Part shown: positions 34,059 through 43,784 of the stretch, piece by piece
Position numbering within the stretch: position 1 is the first letter of the stretch
How the letters are laid out: every line of letters begins with the position of its first letter
Source: Flavobacteriaceae bacterium
GTDB lineage: Bacteria; Bacteroidota; Bacteroidia; Flavobacteriales; Flavobacteriaceae
Reading direction: 5' to 3'
Assembly (NCBI GenBank): GCA_046711205.1
Contig: JBKEHX010000001.1
Location: forward strand, 1-45,414
Length of the DNA: 45,414 bases
Notes under the pieces: model-generated
What the model was told of the DNA's origin: nothing
The model's input: only the letters and a program-made list of their open reading frames with translations
The model's database searches: none
Translations under genes and position numbers: made by a program

Positions 34059-34834
34059 AATAGCGTATTTCGGATGTTGTTAGGTACTTGAAATTGCCTC
34101 AAAAAAATAGTTTTTCCCATTTGAGATCGTTCCTCTTTAATTTTAGCGATAATCGCTTCTGGATATTGACTTTTATGGCAGAGTAAAGCCTGGTATGCGG
34201 TATCAAAATGAGCTTGAGTGAAAGGGATGTGAGCTGTCAAATAGTTGCGGTCTTGACCCCGAATCGTTTTTTGTTTTGCGGATGGTATAAAATCTGAAGG
34301 AACTCCAAAATAGTACAAATCCATAGGTGATTCCCAGGTTTGAGAAACAAAAACTTGTGTTACGGAAGCCCCTACAAGTCGGTGGTCCATGTGGGTTGTG
34401 ACCCCATCTGGTCCCCAAGTTATAATCGCGTCTGGCTGAATTTCAGTGACTATATCTTTTATATCAAGTATTAATTGTTGAACATGTGGAATATGGCCAT
34501 CAAAGCCTTCCGCTGCTTTTAGCTGATCGTGATACGTTAAATGTTTCAATGTAACACCCAAAACCTCAGCAGCACAAAGCATTTCCTTTCTGCGAATAGC
34601 GGCTAGAGCATCTCCTGCTTTATAGTCGGTATATTCATTAACGCCTAAGCGTCCGTCTGTGGCAATGACCAATGTAACCTCTGTCCCTTCCTCTGCATAT
34701 TTGACTAAAAGTGGTCCTATAGATTGCTCGTCATCAGGATGTGCAAAAATGGCTAGCAGTTTTTTGGAACCCTCTTGGGCGCAAAGAAAAGAAGAAAGAA
34801 ACAGGCAGATTAAAAATGGTTTAATTAAATACAT
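34055..34834 (-). CDS. PIG-L/LmbE-family N-acetylglucosaminyl deacetylase with signal peptide
   Basis: It has the AHPDDE motif (LLAIFAHPDDEQSIG) and downstream HMDH, plus an N-terminal signal (MYLIKPFLICLFLSSFLCAQ). Confidence 0.8.
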   Translation of the reverse strand: MYLIKPFLICLFLSSFLCAQEGSKKLLAIFAHPDDEQSIGPLLVKYAEEGTEVTLVIATDGRLGVNEYTDYKAGDALAAIRRKEMLCAAEVLGVTLKHLTYHDQLKAAEGFDGHIPHVQQLILDIKDIVTEIQPDAIITWGPDGVTTHMDHRLVGASVTQVFVSQTWESPMDLYYFGVPSDFIPSAKQKTIRGQDRNYLTAHIPFTQAHFDTAYQALLCHKSQYPEAIIAKIKEERSQMGKTIFLRQFQVPNNIRNTLF

Positions 34835-34890
34835 TGCGAAAAGTTAATTATTAAAAATGGCGTATATTATACCCTAAATCTACAAAATTT

Positions 34891-36024
34891 ATGAACGCCT
34901 TCTTTGCTAATTATCCTCGTCTTTTGCTACTTCTATTTCTTGCTTTGGTATTGTTGCCTAATGCTGTAATCTCGCAAAAACCAGTACCCTCAGAAAAAAA
35001 ACTCCGCTTGGGTGTTATTGGATTAGTACATGACCATGTAAGTTGGATTTTAAATCGAAAAAAAGAAGATGTGAGCATTGTAGGTATTGTTGAAACAAAC
35101 AGAACAGCGATTGCCCGATATCAAAAACGTTATAATCTTCATGATTCTTTGTTCTTTGAAAGTTATGAGGCTTTATATTCCAGAGCCAAACCGGAAGCGG
35201 TTTCTGCCTTTAACGAAACAAAAAAACATCTTGAGGTAGTCGCTTTTTTTGCACCTAGAGGCATTCCTATTATGGTAGAAAAGCCGATGGCAACAAGTTA
35301 TGAAGAGGCCTTAGAAATGGCCAGACTTTCTGAAAAACACGGTGTTCCTTTGCTTATAAATTATGAAACATCATGGTATGAAAGTACGTATGAAGCAAAA
35401 AAAATAATGACTCAAAACAAGGTAGGAAATCTCACGAAAATGGTCTTTAATACAGGACATCCTGGTCCAATAGAAATTGGGTGTTCTCCTGAATTTTTAG
35501 CTTGGCTTACAGATCCAGTTTTAAATGGAGGAGGGGCCCTTACAGATTTTGGCTGTTATGGCGCTAACATTGCCACATGGATGCTGGAGGGAGAAACCCC
35601 CTTAAGCGTTAGTTGTATTGCTAAACAGAGCAAACCTGAGCTTTATCCAAAAGTAGACGATGACACCACTATAGTTTTAGAATATGAGAAACTCCAAGTC
35701 GTTATTCAGGCATCATGGAACTGGTCACATAACCGTAAAGACATGCAGATTTATGGATCTCAAGGCTATATTAACTCTATAAACGGAAGTGACATGCAGC
35801 TTATGGTAACAGAAAAGGAGGGCCTTAAAGCACACCAGCCTGCTCCAATTAGTGACCACCAAAAAGACCCATTTCGGTTATTATATGAAGTCGTTCATGA
35901 AAATAGAACGATAGAGCAAAATGGATTATACAGTGTTGAGAATAACATAATTGTGTCTAAAATATTATCGTTAGCAAAGCTAGCCTCAGAAAAAAAACAA
36001 TCCCTAGCGTGGGATACTCTTTAA
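34891..36024 (+). CDS. secreted Gfo/Idh/MocA-family oxidoreductase
   Basis: It has a signal peptide (LLLLLFLALVLLPNAVISQ), a Rossmann start (LRLGVIGLVHDHV) and an EKP motif (MVEKPMATS). Confidence 0.75.
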   Translation: MNAFFANYPRLLLLLFLALVLLPNAVISQKPVPSEKKLRLGVIGLVHDHVSWILNRKKEDVSIVGIVETNRTAIARYQKRYNLHDSLFFESYEALYSRAKPEAVSAFNETKKHLEVVAFFAPRGIPIMVEKPMATSYEEALEMARLSEKHGVPLLINYETSWYESTYEAKKIMTQNKVGNLTKMVFNTGHPGPIEIGCSPEFLAWLTDPVLNGGGALTDFGCYGANIATWMLEGETPLSVSCIAKQSKPELYPKVDDDTTIVLEYEKLQVVIQASWNWSHNRKDMQIYGSQGYINSINGSDMQLMVTEKEGLKAHQPAPISDHQKDPFRLLYEVVHENRTIEQNGLYSVENNIIVSKILSLAKLASEKKQSLAWDTL

Positions 36025-36061
36025 GGTCTTCAAAATAGGTTCATTTTTATAACTTTATAGG

Positions 36062-36547
36062 GTGTCAAAAACAATAATAGTCATGGGCGTAAGTGGTTGT
36101 GGAAAAACCACTCTTGGAAAAGCACTAGCAACTTTTTTAGAGCGTCCCTTTATAGAGGGTGATGCTTTTCATTCAAAGGCAAATGTTAAAAAAATGAAAA
36201 GGGGGATTCCCTTAAATGATGAAGATAGAGTACCTTGGTTGCTGAACTTAAATAAAAAAATTTTATCCCTAAAAAATACAGATGCTGTTATTGCCTGTTC
36301 TGCGTTAAAACAAAGTTATAGATCGCTTTTGAGTCAGAAAATAAATTCGGAAAAGATGATTTGGGTGTATTTATATTCTGATTTTGATACCTTAAAAAAA
36401 CGAATGGAAAAAAGAGAGCATTTTATGCCAGCTTCGCTTCTTGAAAGTCAGCTAGAAGCTCTAGAGGTTCCTGATGAAGCCATTCATATAGATGCAACGC
36501 TTATTACAAAAAAACAAATCAATCAAATTCAACCTTATTTAATATGA
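36062..36547 (+). CDS. gntK: gluconokinase
   Basis: It has the P-loop IIVMGVSGCGKTTLGKALA, then EGDAFHSKANVKKMKRGIPLNDEDRVPWL, typical of thermoresistant gluconokinases. It has a GTG start and overlaps gnd by ATGA. Confidence 0.85.
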   Translation: MSKTIIVMGVSGCGKTTLGKALATFLERPFIEGDAFHSKANVKKMKRGIPLNDEDRVPWLLNLNKKILSLKNTDAVIACSALKQSYRSLLSQKINSEKMIWVYLYSDFDTLKKRMEKREHFMPASLLESQLEALEVPDEAIHIDATLITKKQINQIQPYLI

Positions 36548-37962
36548 GTAATCAACCTTCTTGGGGAATTGTTGGGCTTGGCGTGATGGGCACAAGTCTA
36601 GGCAGAAATCTAGCTGATAAAGGAGTGGCCCTAGCGATCTATAATAGAGAGGTAGAAGGCACTGAAGAAGCGGTGGCTTTAATGCATACTAAACATTATT
36701 CTGAACTTAAAAATGCTCTTCCTTTTGATGAATTAGCTCCTTTTATAAATACACTTAAAAGTCCCCGAAAACTTCTTCTGATGCTTCCTGCTGGAAGTCC
36801 CACAGATGCAGTTATTACGCACCTAACTCCGTTACTTGCTAAAGGAGATGTTATTATTGAAGGAGGCAATTCTCATTTTAAAGATACTGAAGAAAGAGCC
36901 CAACAACTAGCAGCGGCTGGAATTCATTTTCTAGGAATGGGAGTCTCTGGAGGGGAAGAAGGCGCACTAAAAGGACCTTCCTTAATGGTCGGAGGCACTG
37001 AAGAGGCTTATGCGCTTGTTAAAAAAGACTTACACTCAATTGCAGGAAAAAACTCCAAGGGATTGTCCTGCTGTAATTATCTTGGTTCTGGTGGCGCAGG
37101 TCATTTTGTTAAAATGGTACATAATGGTATTGAATATGCAGAGATGCAATTACTTGCAGAGGTAATTTCGCTAGCACTTTCTGATCCATCTAACAACATA
37201 AAAACCATTCAAAAAATGCTTCAAGATTGGCAAACAACGGCCAGTGAAAGCTATCTCCTAGGCATTACCGCAAGGCTTTTAGGCCATCAAGAAGCAGGAC
37301 GTCCTTTTATTGATTTTATAAAAGACGAAGCCTATAACAAGGGAACTGGAGCATGGGCAACTGCTGCCGGTGCAGAACTTGGAAGTGCTAATTCATTAAT
37401 GGCTTCAGCATTACATGCTCGATTTACCTCATCCAATAAAAAACAACGCTCACTGTTAAGTAAAACTTTTAAGGTAAAACCTACTTTAACTTCGCTCTCA
37501 CTAAGCGCTTTAAAGGTTTCATATGATCTTTCTCGTATCGTTAATCATCATCAGGGTTTTGAAATGATTTGTAAAGCCGCTCTTAAAAATAATTGGAAAA
37601 TAGAGATGGCTACTATTGCGAGCCTTTGGTCTGAGGGATGTATTATTAAATCAAGGCTAATGGATAGGCTAATGGACGTTTTTAAAACAAACGAAACCCT
37701 ACTTGATACAGCTACTTTTATGGAGTATTTTAGTACCGGTAATCAAGAATGGGAGGCCACCCTGGTATCTGCAATTCAACACCGTATTCCTTTTTCTTGC
37801 CATAGTGCAGCATGGGATTATTTTTTAGCAATAACACAAGAGGATAGTGCTGCTAATATTATTCAAGCCCAACGAGATTTTTTTGGAGCGCATGGATTTG
37901 AGCGAAAAGACAAAGACAGCGGAAAAAAATATCACGGTCCTTGGGCGGCTAAAACCAAATAA
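36544..37962 (+). CDS. gnd: 6-phosphogluconate dehydrogenase (decarboxylating)
   Basis: It has WGIVGLGVMGTSLGRNLADKG, GMGVSGGEEGALKGPSLMVGG, HFVKMVHNGIEYAEMQ and a C-terminal RDFFGAHGFER. Confidence 0.92.
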   Translation: MSNQPSWGIVGLGVMGTSLGRNLADKGVALAIYNREVEGTEEAVALMHTKHYSELKNALPFDELAPFINTLKSPRKLLLMLPAGSPTDAVITHLTPLLAKGDVIIEGGNSHFKDTEERAQQLAAAGIHFLGMGVSGGEEGALKGPSLMVGGTEEAYALVKKDLHSIAGKNSKGLSCCNYLGSGGAGHFVKMVHNGIEYAEMQLLAEVISLALSDPSNNIKTIQKMLQDWQTTASESYLLGITARLLGHQEAGRPFIDFIKDEAYNKGTGAWATAAGAELGSANSLMASALHARFTSSNKKQRSLLSKTFKVKPTLTSLSLSALKVSYDLSRIVNHHQGFEMICKAALKNNWKIEMATIASLWSEGCIIKSRLMDRLMDVFKTNETLLDTATFMEYFSTGNQEWEATLVSAIQHRIPFSCHSAAWDYFLAITQEDSAANIIQAQRDFFGAHGFERKDKDSGKKYHGPWAAKTK

Positions 37963-37966
37963 AAAA

Positions 37967-39382
37967 CTAGTTGTCAATTTGCCCTACTGGGCGTACCTCT
38001 TTCCCTTTAATTCCTGTGAGGCGATCTCCTAAAACAAGGCGGATAGAATCTGCTATTTTAGAAATTTTCTCCACCATTTCTGGATGTTGAGATGCTACAT
38101 CATGTTGTTCCCTTAGATCATTAGAAAGATCATAAAGCAGGGGAGTGGTGATTTCATTCATTTGATAAGGTACTGGAAAACCATCATTGGTTCCCAACGT
38201 TCCATTTAGAGTACGGTAGGTATGTGGAACATAAAGTTTCCAATCTTTATGTCGAATGGCATGTAATTCATTGGTACGGTAATAGAAGAAAAAATTATCA
38301 TGTGGAGAAGTGTTTGTTCTTCCTGTTAAAAGGGGAACTAAAGAAGCACCGTCTATTTTTCGTTCAGGCATTTTGGTGGCTGCAAATTCAGCTAAGGTGG
38401 GTAACCAATCAATTCCCATTGCAGGGGCTTCTATAAGTGTATTGGGGGCAATTTTTATTGGGTAACGAATGATTCCTGGCACCCGATGGCCCCCTTCCCA
38501 ATTGGTTCCTTTTCCTTCTCTAAAAATTCCAGGAGAACCAGCGTGCCCTCCATAAGACAGCCAAGGGCCATTGTCTGAAGTAAATATAACAATAGTATTT
38601 TCTACTATGCCTTCCTCCTCTAGAGTGACTAGGATTCTTCCCACAGAAGCATCAATTTCATTAATCACATCTCCATAAAGTCCTCGGTCTTGGGTTCCTT
38701 CAAAAGCAGCGGCTGCAAAAAGGGGTACATGAGGCTGTGGATGCGATAGGTACACAAAAAACGGTTGTTCTTTGTGTCGCTGAATAAAACTAATGGCACG
38801 ATCTGTTAATGCTTTAGTCAAAAAGGTTTGGTCTTCTAAAACACGAAGTGGGGTTTCATTTTCATATAATTCAATGTCTGGAAAATCAAACACAGAACCC
38901 TGTTGTGGATGTTTTGGCCACATATCATTTGAATATAAAATCCCGAAAAACTCATCAAAACCATGCTTGCGAGGTAAAAATCCAGGGGCGTCTCCTAAGT
39001 GCCATTTTCCAAAGATACTGGTGGCATAACCTTTCTCTTTTAGGAGTTCAGCCAAGGTAGTCTCTTTGGGATTAAGGCCCACTTTTGATCCGGGACTGTA
39101 GGCATTATGAACACCAATACGGTCTGAATAACATCCCGTAAGAATAGAAGCCCTTGAAGCAGAACATACTGGTTGTGTGGCGTAGTAGGAAGTAAACCTT
39201 GCGCCATCTGAGGCGAGTTTATCTAAGTGTGGGGTTTCGATATCGGTAGCCCCATAAACACCTAAATCTCCATATCCTTGATCATCTGTTAGAATAAAAA
39301 TAATATTTGGAGAGGTTGTTTCTTCAGGAACAACACATCCACCAAATAAAAATATACTGCAAAAAAGAAAAAAAAATTTCAT
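37967..39382 (-). CDS. Cys-type arylsulfatase (formylglycine-dependent sulfatase family)
   Basis: It has NIIFILTDDQGYGDLG, the sulfatase signature PVCSASRASILTG and GKWHLG, plus a signal peptide. Confidence 0.9.
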   Translation of the reverse strand: MKFFFLFCSIFLFGGCVVPEETTSPNIIFILTDDQGYGDLGVYGATDIETPHLDKLASDGARFTSYYATQPVCSASRASILTGCYSDRIGVHNAYSPGSKVGLNPKETTLAELLKEKGYATSIFGKWHLGDAPGFLPRKHGFDEFFGILYSNDMWPKHPQQGSVFDFPDIELYENETPLRVLEDQTFLTKALTDRAISFIQRHKEQPFFVYLSHPQPHVPLFAAAAFEGTQDRGLYGDVINEIDASVGRILVTLEEEGIVENTIVIFTSDNGPWLSYGGHAGSPGIFREGKGTNWEGGHRVPGIIRYPIKIAPNTLIEAPAMGIDWLPTLAEFAATKMPERKIDGASLVPLLTGRTNTSPHDNFFFYYRTNELHAIRHKDWKLYVPHTYRTLNGTLGTNDGFPVPYQMNEITTPLLYDLSNDLREQHDVASQHPEMVEKISKIADSIRLVLGDRLTGIKGKEVRPVGQIDN

Positions 39383-39822
39383 AAAAAGGATTTTAGCTAT
39401 TACTCAAACATAGGCATTATTGTAGATAAATCAAAAATGGGCTCAACAGGATTACAAAAGATCTTTCGGAAAACACCTTAATCTTTAGGTAACATTAAGT
39501 TAATAGTAACAACATAAATTATTAAAAAGTACTTTTAACTATTGGCAATCTGAGTACAATAAAAAATATAATTTGTTCATTTTGTTTTAGATAATTTATA
39601 AAATAAGGTGCCGGTTATTGAATTCTTAGTAAAAAGAAATTTAAGGCCTTTTTATTCAAAGCATTATCAGTGTTTTCGACATATCTTTGAGTAAATTTTG
39701 ACAAAAGCCCTATTTCATTAAGGCTTGTTTATTTAAAATTACTAAATAGATTTCTCAAGGCTTAGTTACCCAAAAGGAAATCTGCTCTTTTAGAAAGTTA
39801 ATTAATTCAATTATTTGTTTGG

Positions 39823-39851
39823 CCGTCTTTAGTTTAAAGGCGGTTTTTTTT
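39823..39851 (+). terminator. intrinsic terminator oriented on the plus strand, with no annotated plus-strand gene upstream
   Basis: CCGTCTTT agttt AAAGGCGG (8-bp stem, one G-U pair) followed by 8 T. It lies 12 nt beyond the stop of the minus-strand gene 39863-40174, but the T run is on the plus strand. Confidence 0.6.
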
Positions 39852-39862
39852 ATTCTTACGCA

Positions 39863-40174
39863 TTATTTTTTTGTAGGTTTTTTTTTATTTACCGTTAAGA
39901 AAAATTCACATAAATATGAGATAATAAAAACCAAAACAACAGGGAGAATATAGATGTAATAGAAGGAATTGTCTGATAGAAGAATATTTAAATATTGACT
40001 ATTATTGGAATAGTAAATGGGTTTCTCTGTTGTGAGATCATAAATAAGGCCTGAATAAACGACTATAAAATATAATGCAACTATAATTCTTATCGGCCAA
40101 TATTGTGTTGGTTTTAAATATGAAAAACCAAAATAATAAAAAATATTTCTCATCATATAAAGGTATAAAAACAA
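39863..40174 (-). CDS. hypothetical 3-TM membrane protein
   Basis: ORF track. It is Tyr/Ile-rich and hydrophobic, with no family recognised. Confidence 0.4.
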   Translation of the reverse strand: MFLYLYMMRNIFYYFGFSYLKPTQYWPIRIIVALYFIVVYSGLIYDLTTEKPIYYSNNSQYLNILLSDNSFYYIYILPVVLVFIISYLCEFFLTVNKKKPTKK

Positions 40175-40211
40175 ATCTTTTTTACACCATTTAAGATGTA
40201 AATGACGGCCT

Positions 40212-41339
40212 TTAGTCTTTTAATAATTCAGCTGTTGCCTTTCCAATTTTACTCCCAATAGCTATTCCCATTCCCCCAAGACGAACTCCCATTGCGATAT
40301 GATCTCCAACTTTTTGAAGAAGGGGTGTTTTTTTAGAACCAAAGCCCATAATGCCTGACCACTCCATTTCAATTGGTGCCGATTGGCCCGGAACAATAAA
40401 GGTTTCTAAATCTTTTAAAAGTTTTTGTTTGATTTTATTATTAACCCCGAAAGAAGTGGTGGTTTCTGTTTTAATATCCATATCTCTTCCTCCTCCAAAA
40501 AGGACACGGTCGTCAATATTTCGGAAATAATAATATCCTTCATTATAATGAAAAGATCCTTTTATTTTTAAATATTTAATAGGTTTTGTAATAAGAACTA
40601 GTCCTCTGCCGGGATTAAGTTCTATCGTTGGAAAGAAACGTTTTGCAAACGCATTATTACAAACAGCTATTTTTCGTGTTTGTAATTTAACCGGTTGCCC
40701 CTCAATAGAAACATCAAGCGTGTTATTGTCTTTAGTCTGCTCAAAACTTGTAACTTCAACTTGAGAGAAAAAGGAAATATTCGCAGTATTAATTTTTGAC
40801 CGAAGTGACTGCATCATCATACCGGTATTTAGTTGCCCTTCAAAGGAGTTTTCCACCAGGTGCTTTACACGGGTGGTCTCAAAACCAAAGTCTTTAATTT
40901 TAGAGTTTTTGATGCTATATACCTCTTTATTAAAAATGGGGTATAGTAATGAATTAAAATGTGCTAAGGAATCTAACGATTTTGGATACTGATCAAAAAA
41001 CAATTCATAGCCTCCATTAGGCTGGTAGTCAATATTTTTATCGCCTAGTGTATCCCGTAAAAGCTGAAGTCCTTCTACTCGAAGTTTTAAGATGTTTAAC
41101 AATTCACTTTTGGTCATTTTATTTGTATCGTCTATAAGTTCAGACAAGGAGCCAAAACAGGCAAAACCTGCATTTTTAGTACTTGCTCCTGAAGAGAAAA
41201 GACCTCGCTCCAGTATTGCAATTTTAGCTTTTGGATAAATTTCACGGTATGATAGAGCACAGAACATTCCCGTAATTCCTCCACCTATAACAATGAGATC
41301 ATAATTAAGTAAGGATGATTTTTCCCAATAACTAATCAT
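40212..41339 (-). CDS. FAD-dependent oxidoreductase (DAO family)
   Basis: It has the N-terminal dinucleotide-binding motif YDLIVIGGGITGMFCAL. Confidence 0.8.
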   Translation of the reverse strand: MISYWEKSSLLNYDLIVIGGGITGMFCALSYREIYPKAKIAILERGLFSSGASTKNAGFACFGSLSELIDDTNKMTKSELLNILKLRVEGLQLLRDTLGDKNIDYQPNGGYELFFDQYPKSLDSLAHFNSLLYPIFNKEVYSIKNSKIKDFGFETTRVKHLVENSFEGQLNTGMMMQSLRSKINTANISFFSQVEVTSFEQTKDNNTLDVSIEGQPVKLQTRKIAVCNNAFAKRFFPTIELNPGRGLVLITKPIKYLKIKGSFHYNEGYYYFRNIDDRVLFGGGRDMDIKTETTTSFGVNNKIKQKLLKDLETFIVPGQSAPIEMEWSGIMGFGSKKTPLLQKVGDHIAMGVRLGGMGIAIGSKIGKATAELLKD

Positions 41340-41387
41340 GATTTCTTAAATATATAAAATCTAGAAAAATGTTAAACTAAAAAATCT

Positions 41388-41780
41388 TTATAATGTAGTA
41401 ACTAGAACTACACCACCAGAGCCCATAATTCCATAAGCTGCTATATCAGAGGGATTTTTTAAAACTTCTATTCGTTTTATTTCTTGAGGATTAAGTGAAG
41501 AAGCTCCTCTAGAAAAACTCCCAACTTGGGTCCCATCTATAATAAACAATACCTCTTTCGGATTGTTTATACTTGAAATTCCTCTTAGAAATATTTGAGC
41601 ATTCTGACCGTTCCCACGAATGATAAGTCCGGAATATCTTCTTAATTGATCGAGTAAACTAATATTTGCATTTGAGGGAGTTTCAACTTTTACTTTTTCT
41701 TTTATTGTGGCTTTTGAGGCTGAACATCCAGAGGATGAAAATACCAATAGAAGAGTTAATAATGTGATTGTTTTTTTCAT
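41388..41780 (-). CDS. lipoprotein consisting essentially of a TonB-dependent-receptor plug-like segment (stand-alone)
   Basis: It has a lipobox (MKKTITLLTLLLVFSSSGC), then LIIRGNGQNAQIFLRGISSINNPKEVLFIIDGTQV...IKRIEVLKNPSDIAAYGIMGSGGVVLVTT. Alternative ATGs are at 41789 and 41804. Confidence 0.55.
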   Translation of the reverse strand: MKKTITLLTLLLVFSSSGCSASKATIKEKVKVETPSNANISLLDQLRRYSGLIIRGNGQNAQIFLRGISSINNPKEVLFIIDGTQVGSFSRGASSLNPQEIKRIEVLKNPSDIAAYGIMGSGGVVLVTTL

Positions 41781-41813
41781 ATCAAACATAGTTGTGTTTT
41801 TCATTTATTAAAT

Positions 41814-43784
41814 TTAGTCTTTTTTATTTCTATAGCTTAGTCCGTGGCCAAATTCATACAACGGGTTTTTTGAGTCAAAAGGGATGTCTTCTATTTGTTC
41901 TTCAACTGCTTTAATGGAAGAGGGTAGTTCTATTGGGAGTTTCCCTGTAGGTGAAAAATCTCCTTGAATAAGTTCTAAAATTATTTTTTCATCTACATCA
42001 AAATCAGCAATGATTGCTTTTGATAAACCTTCAATTTTTGTAATAATGGCTGGTCTTTGAAGATTCATTACTAGTATCGTGGGTTTTGAATTAAACAATG
42101 GAAGTAGCTCTTCAAGTACTTCTTCTGAAAAATCTAAAACTCCACCTCCTAAAAGTTTTTCCATTACATACTCTGACTCTACTCCTTCATTTGGAGTTTT
42201 TACCTTAGCAATTATTACCTCAGCTTTTTCTATACTTGTCACCTCTAATTTACTTAATGGATTAACATCAAATCCATACAAGTATACTTTCGTTTGTTTT
42301 TGCAAGGGCAAGAAATTGTCTTCATTTTTTAAAAGAACTAGTGATTTTTTTTGAGCTTCAATTCCTTTAGAAATAGATTCAGGATTATTTAAACTATTTA
42401 ATGCTTCTGTATTGAGATAAGGGGAATCAAAAAGTCCTAATCTAAATTTTTGATCCATAATTCTACGAAGAGATTCATCAATTCTACTTTCATCAATTTT
42501 TCCAAATTTAATTAATTCGGCTAGCTCAAGACTAAGTGATTCTCCGCCGATCATGTCCACCCCTGCAGCAATTATTTTTTCTAATCTATCTTCTGTGCTA
42601 AGCGTTTCTACTCCATGAGCAGAAGCGGGTTTAAATTTAATGCCTAATGGTTTTAAATCAGAAATAATCGCCCAATCTGTACAAATAATTCCTTTGAAAT
42701 TATAACGTTCTCTGAGAAGTCCTGTAATAATATCTTTATTATATCCTGCGCCTACATCTTCAGAGGTAATCCCTTTAGGGATACTATAAAAAGGCATTAC
42801 AGAGGAAACCCCAGCTTTAAAGGCAGCTTCAAATGGCTTGAGGTGATGTTCAAAATTATTCCCTCTATAGGATTGAATTCCAGGAGGAAAATGACTGTCT
42901 TTTCCCTCATCTAAAGGTCCTGAGCCAGGAAAATGTTTTACCATAGCTGCTACAGAATTTACATCAATAGAATCACCTTGAATTCCATTAATATATGCTG
43001 TAATAAGTTTTGAATTCAATTCTGCATCTTCACCAAAAGTGCCATTTATCCTAGCCCATCTGGGTTCTGTTGCTATATCTGCCATAGGTCCTAATGCAAC
43101 TCTAATGCCCAGAGCTTTATATTCTTCTCTAACTATTTTAGCATGTTCATAAACTAATAAACTATCTCGTGTAGCACCCATTCCAAGGGCTGATGGCCAT
43201 TTTGAAAAATAAGGAGTGTAAATTGAAGCTCCAAAAGTTTCAGGAACACCATGGCGTGGATCAGAGGCTATGGTAATTGGGATGCCTAATCTTGAGCGTT
43301 CTCCTACTTTTTGAATAGTATTATACCAGGCTAACATTTTATCTTTATCATAGGAAGCGCGTATATTAAAATGATTCATTTTTTTAATTACTAACTTTTC
43401 TAAAGATGATCCCATTAAAAAACTAAATGGATTAGAAAAATTAGGCTGCTCCATTATAGAACCATCTTCATTTACTCCAATCATATTAATAAACATAGAC
43501 CCAGCTTTTTCTTCAATAGTCATCTGAGAAATAAGATTTTCAACTCTATCTTGGATTGATTCATTTGAATTTTCATAAACATCTAGAATTCCATTTTTAT
43601 TTAAATCCCGGTGACTATGTCCATCAATTATTAATATTGGAGCTACATCTACTAATAATGCCTCGCTATCAGAAGTGTCATTCATCCATTTTATGGAAAA
43701 TCCAAAGTAGATTAAAACTATTATTCCTAGAATAGATATGATGATGTATACTAATCGTTTGAATAACTTTAATAATGTTTTCAT
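41814..43784 (-). CDS. glycoside hydrolase family 3 (beta-glucosidase/beta-hexosaminidase-like), N-terminally membrane-anchored
   Basis: It has a KHFPGSG motif, nucleophile context GIICTDWAI, an N-terminal TM helix and a two-domain length. Confidence 0.85.
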   Translation of the reverse strand: MKTLLKLFKRLVYIIISILGIIVLIYFGFSIKWMNDTSDSEALLVDVAPILIIDGHSHRDLNKNGILDVYENSNESIQDRVENLISQMTIEEKAGSMFINMIGVNEDGSIMEQPNFSNPFSFLMGSSLEKLVIKKMNHFNIRASYDKDKMLAWYNTIQKVGERSRLGIPITIASDPRHGVPETFGASIYTPYFSKWPSALGMGATRDSLLVYEHAKIVREEYKALGIRVALGPMADIATEPRWARINGTFGEDAELNSKLITAYINGIQGDSIDVNSVAAMVKHFPGSGPLDEGKDSHFPPGIQSYRGNNFEHHLKPFEAAFKAGVSSVMPFYSIPKGITSEDVGAGYNKDIITGLLRERYNFKGIICTDWAIISDLKPLGIKFKPASAHGVETLSTEDRLEKIIAAGVDMIGGESLSLELAELIKFGKIDESRIDESLRRIMDQKFRLGLFDSPYLNTEALNSLNNPESISKGIEAQKKSLVLLKNEDNFLPLQKQTKVYLYGFDVNPLSKLEVTSIEKAEVIIAKVKTPNEGVESEYVMEKLLGGGVLDFSEEVLEELLPLFNSKPTILVMNLQRPAIITKIEGLSKAIIADFDVDEKIILELIQGDFSPTGKLPIELPSSIKAVEEQIEDIPFDSKNPLYEFGHGLSYRNKKD

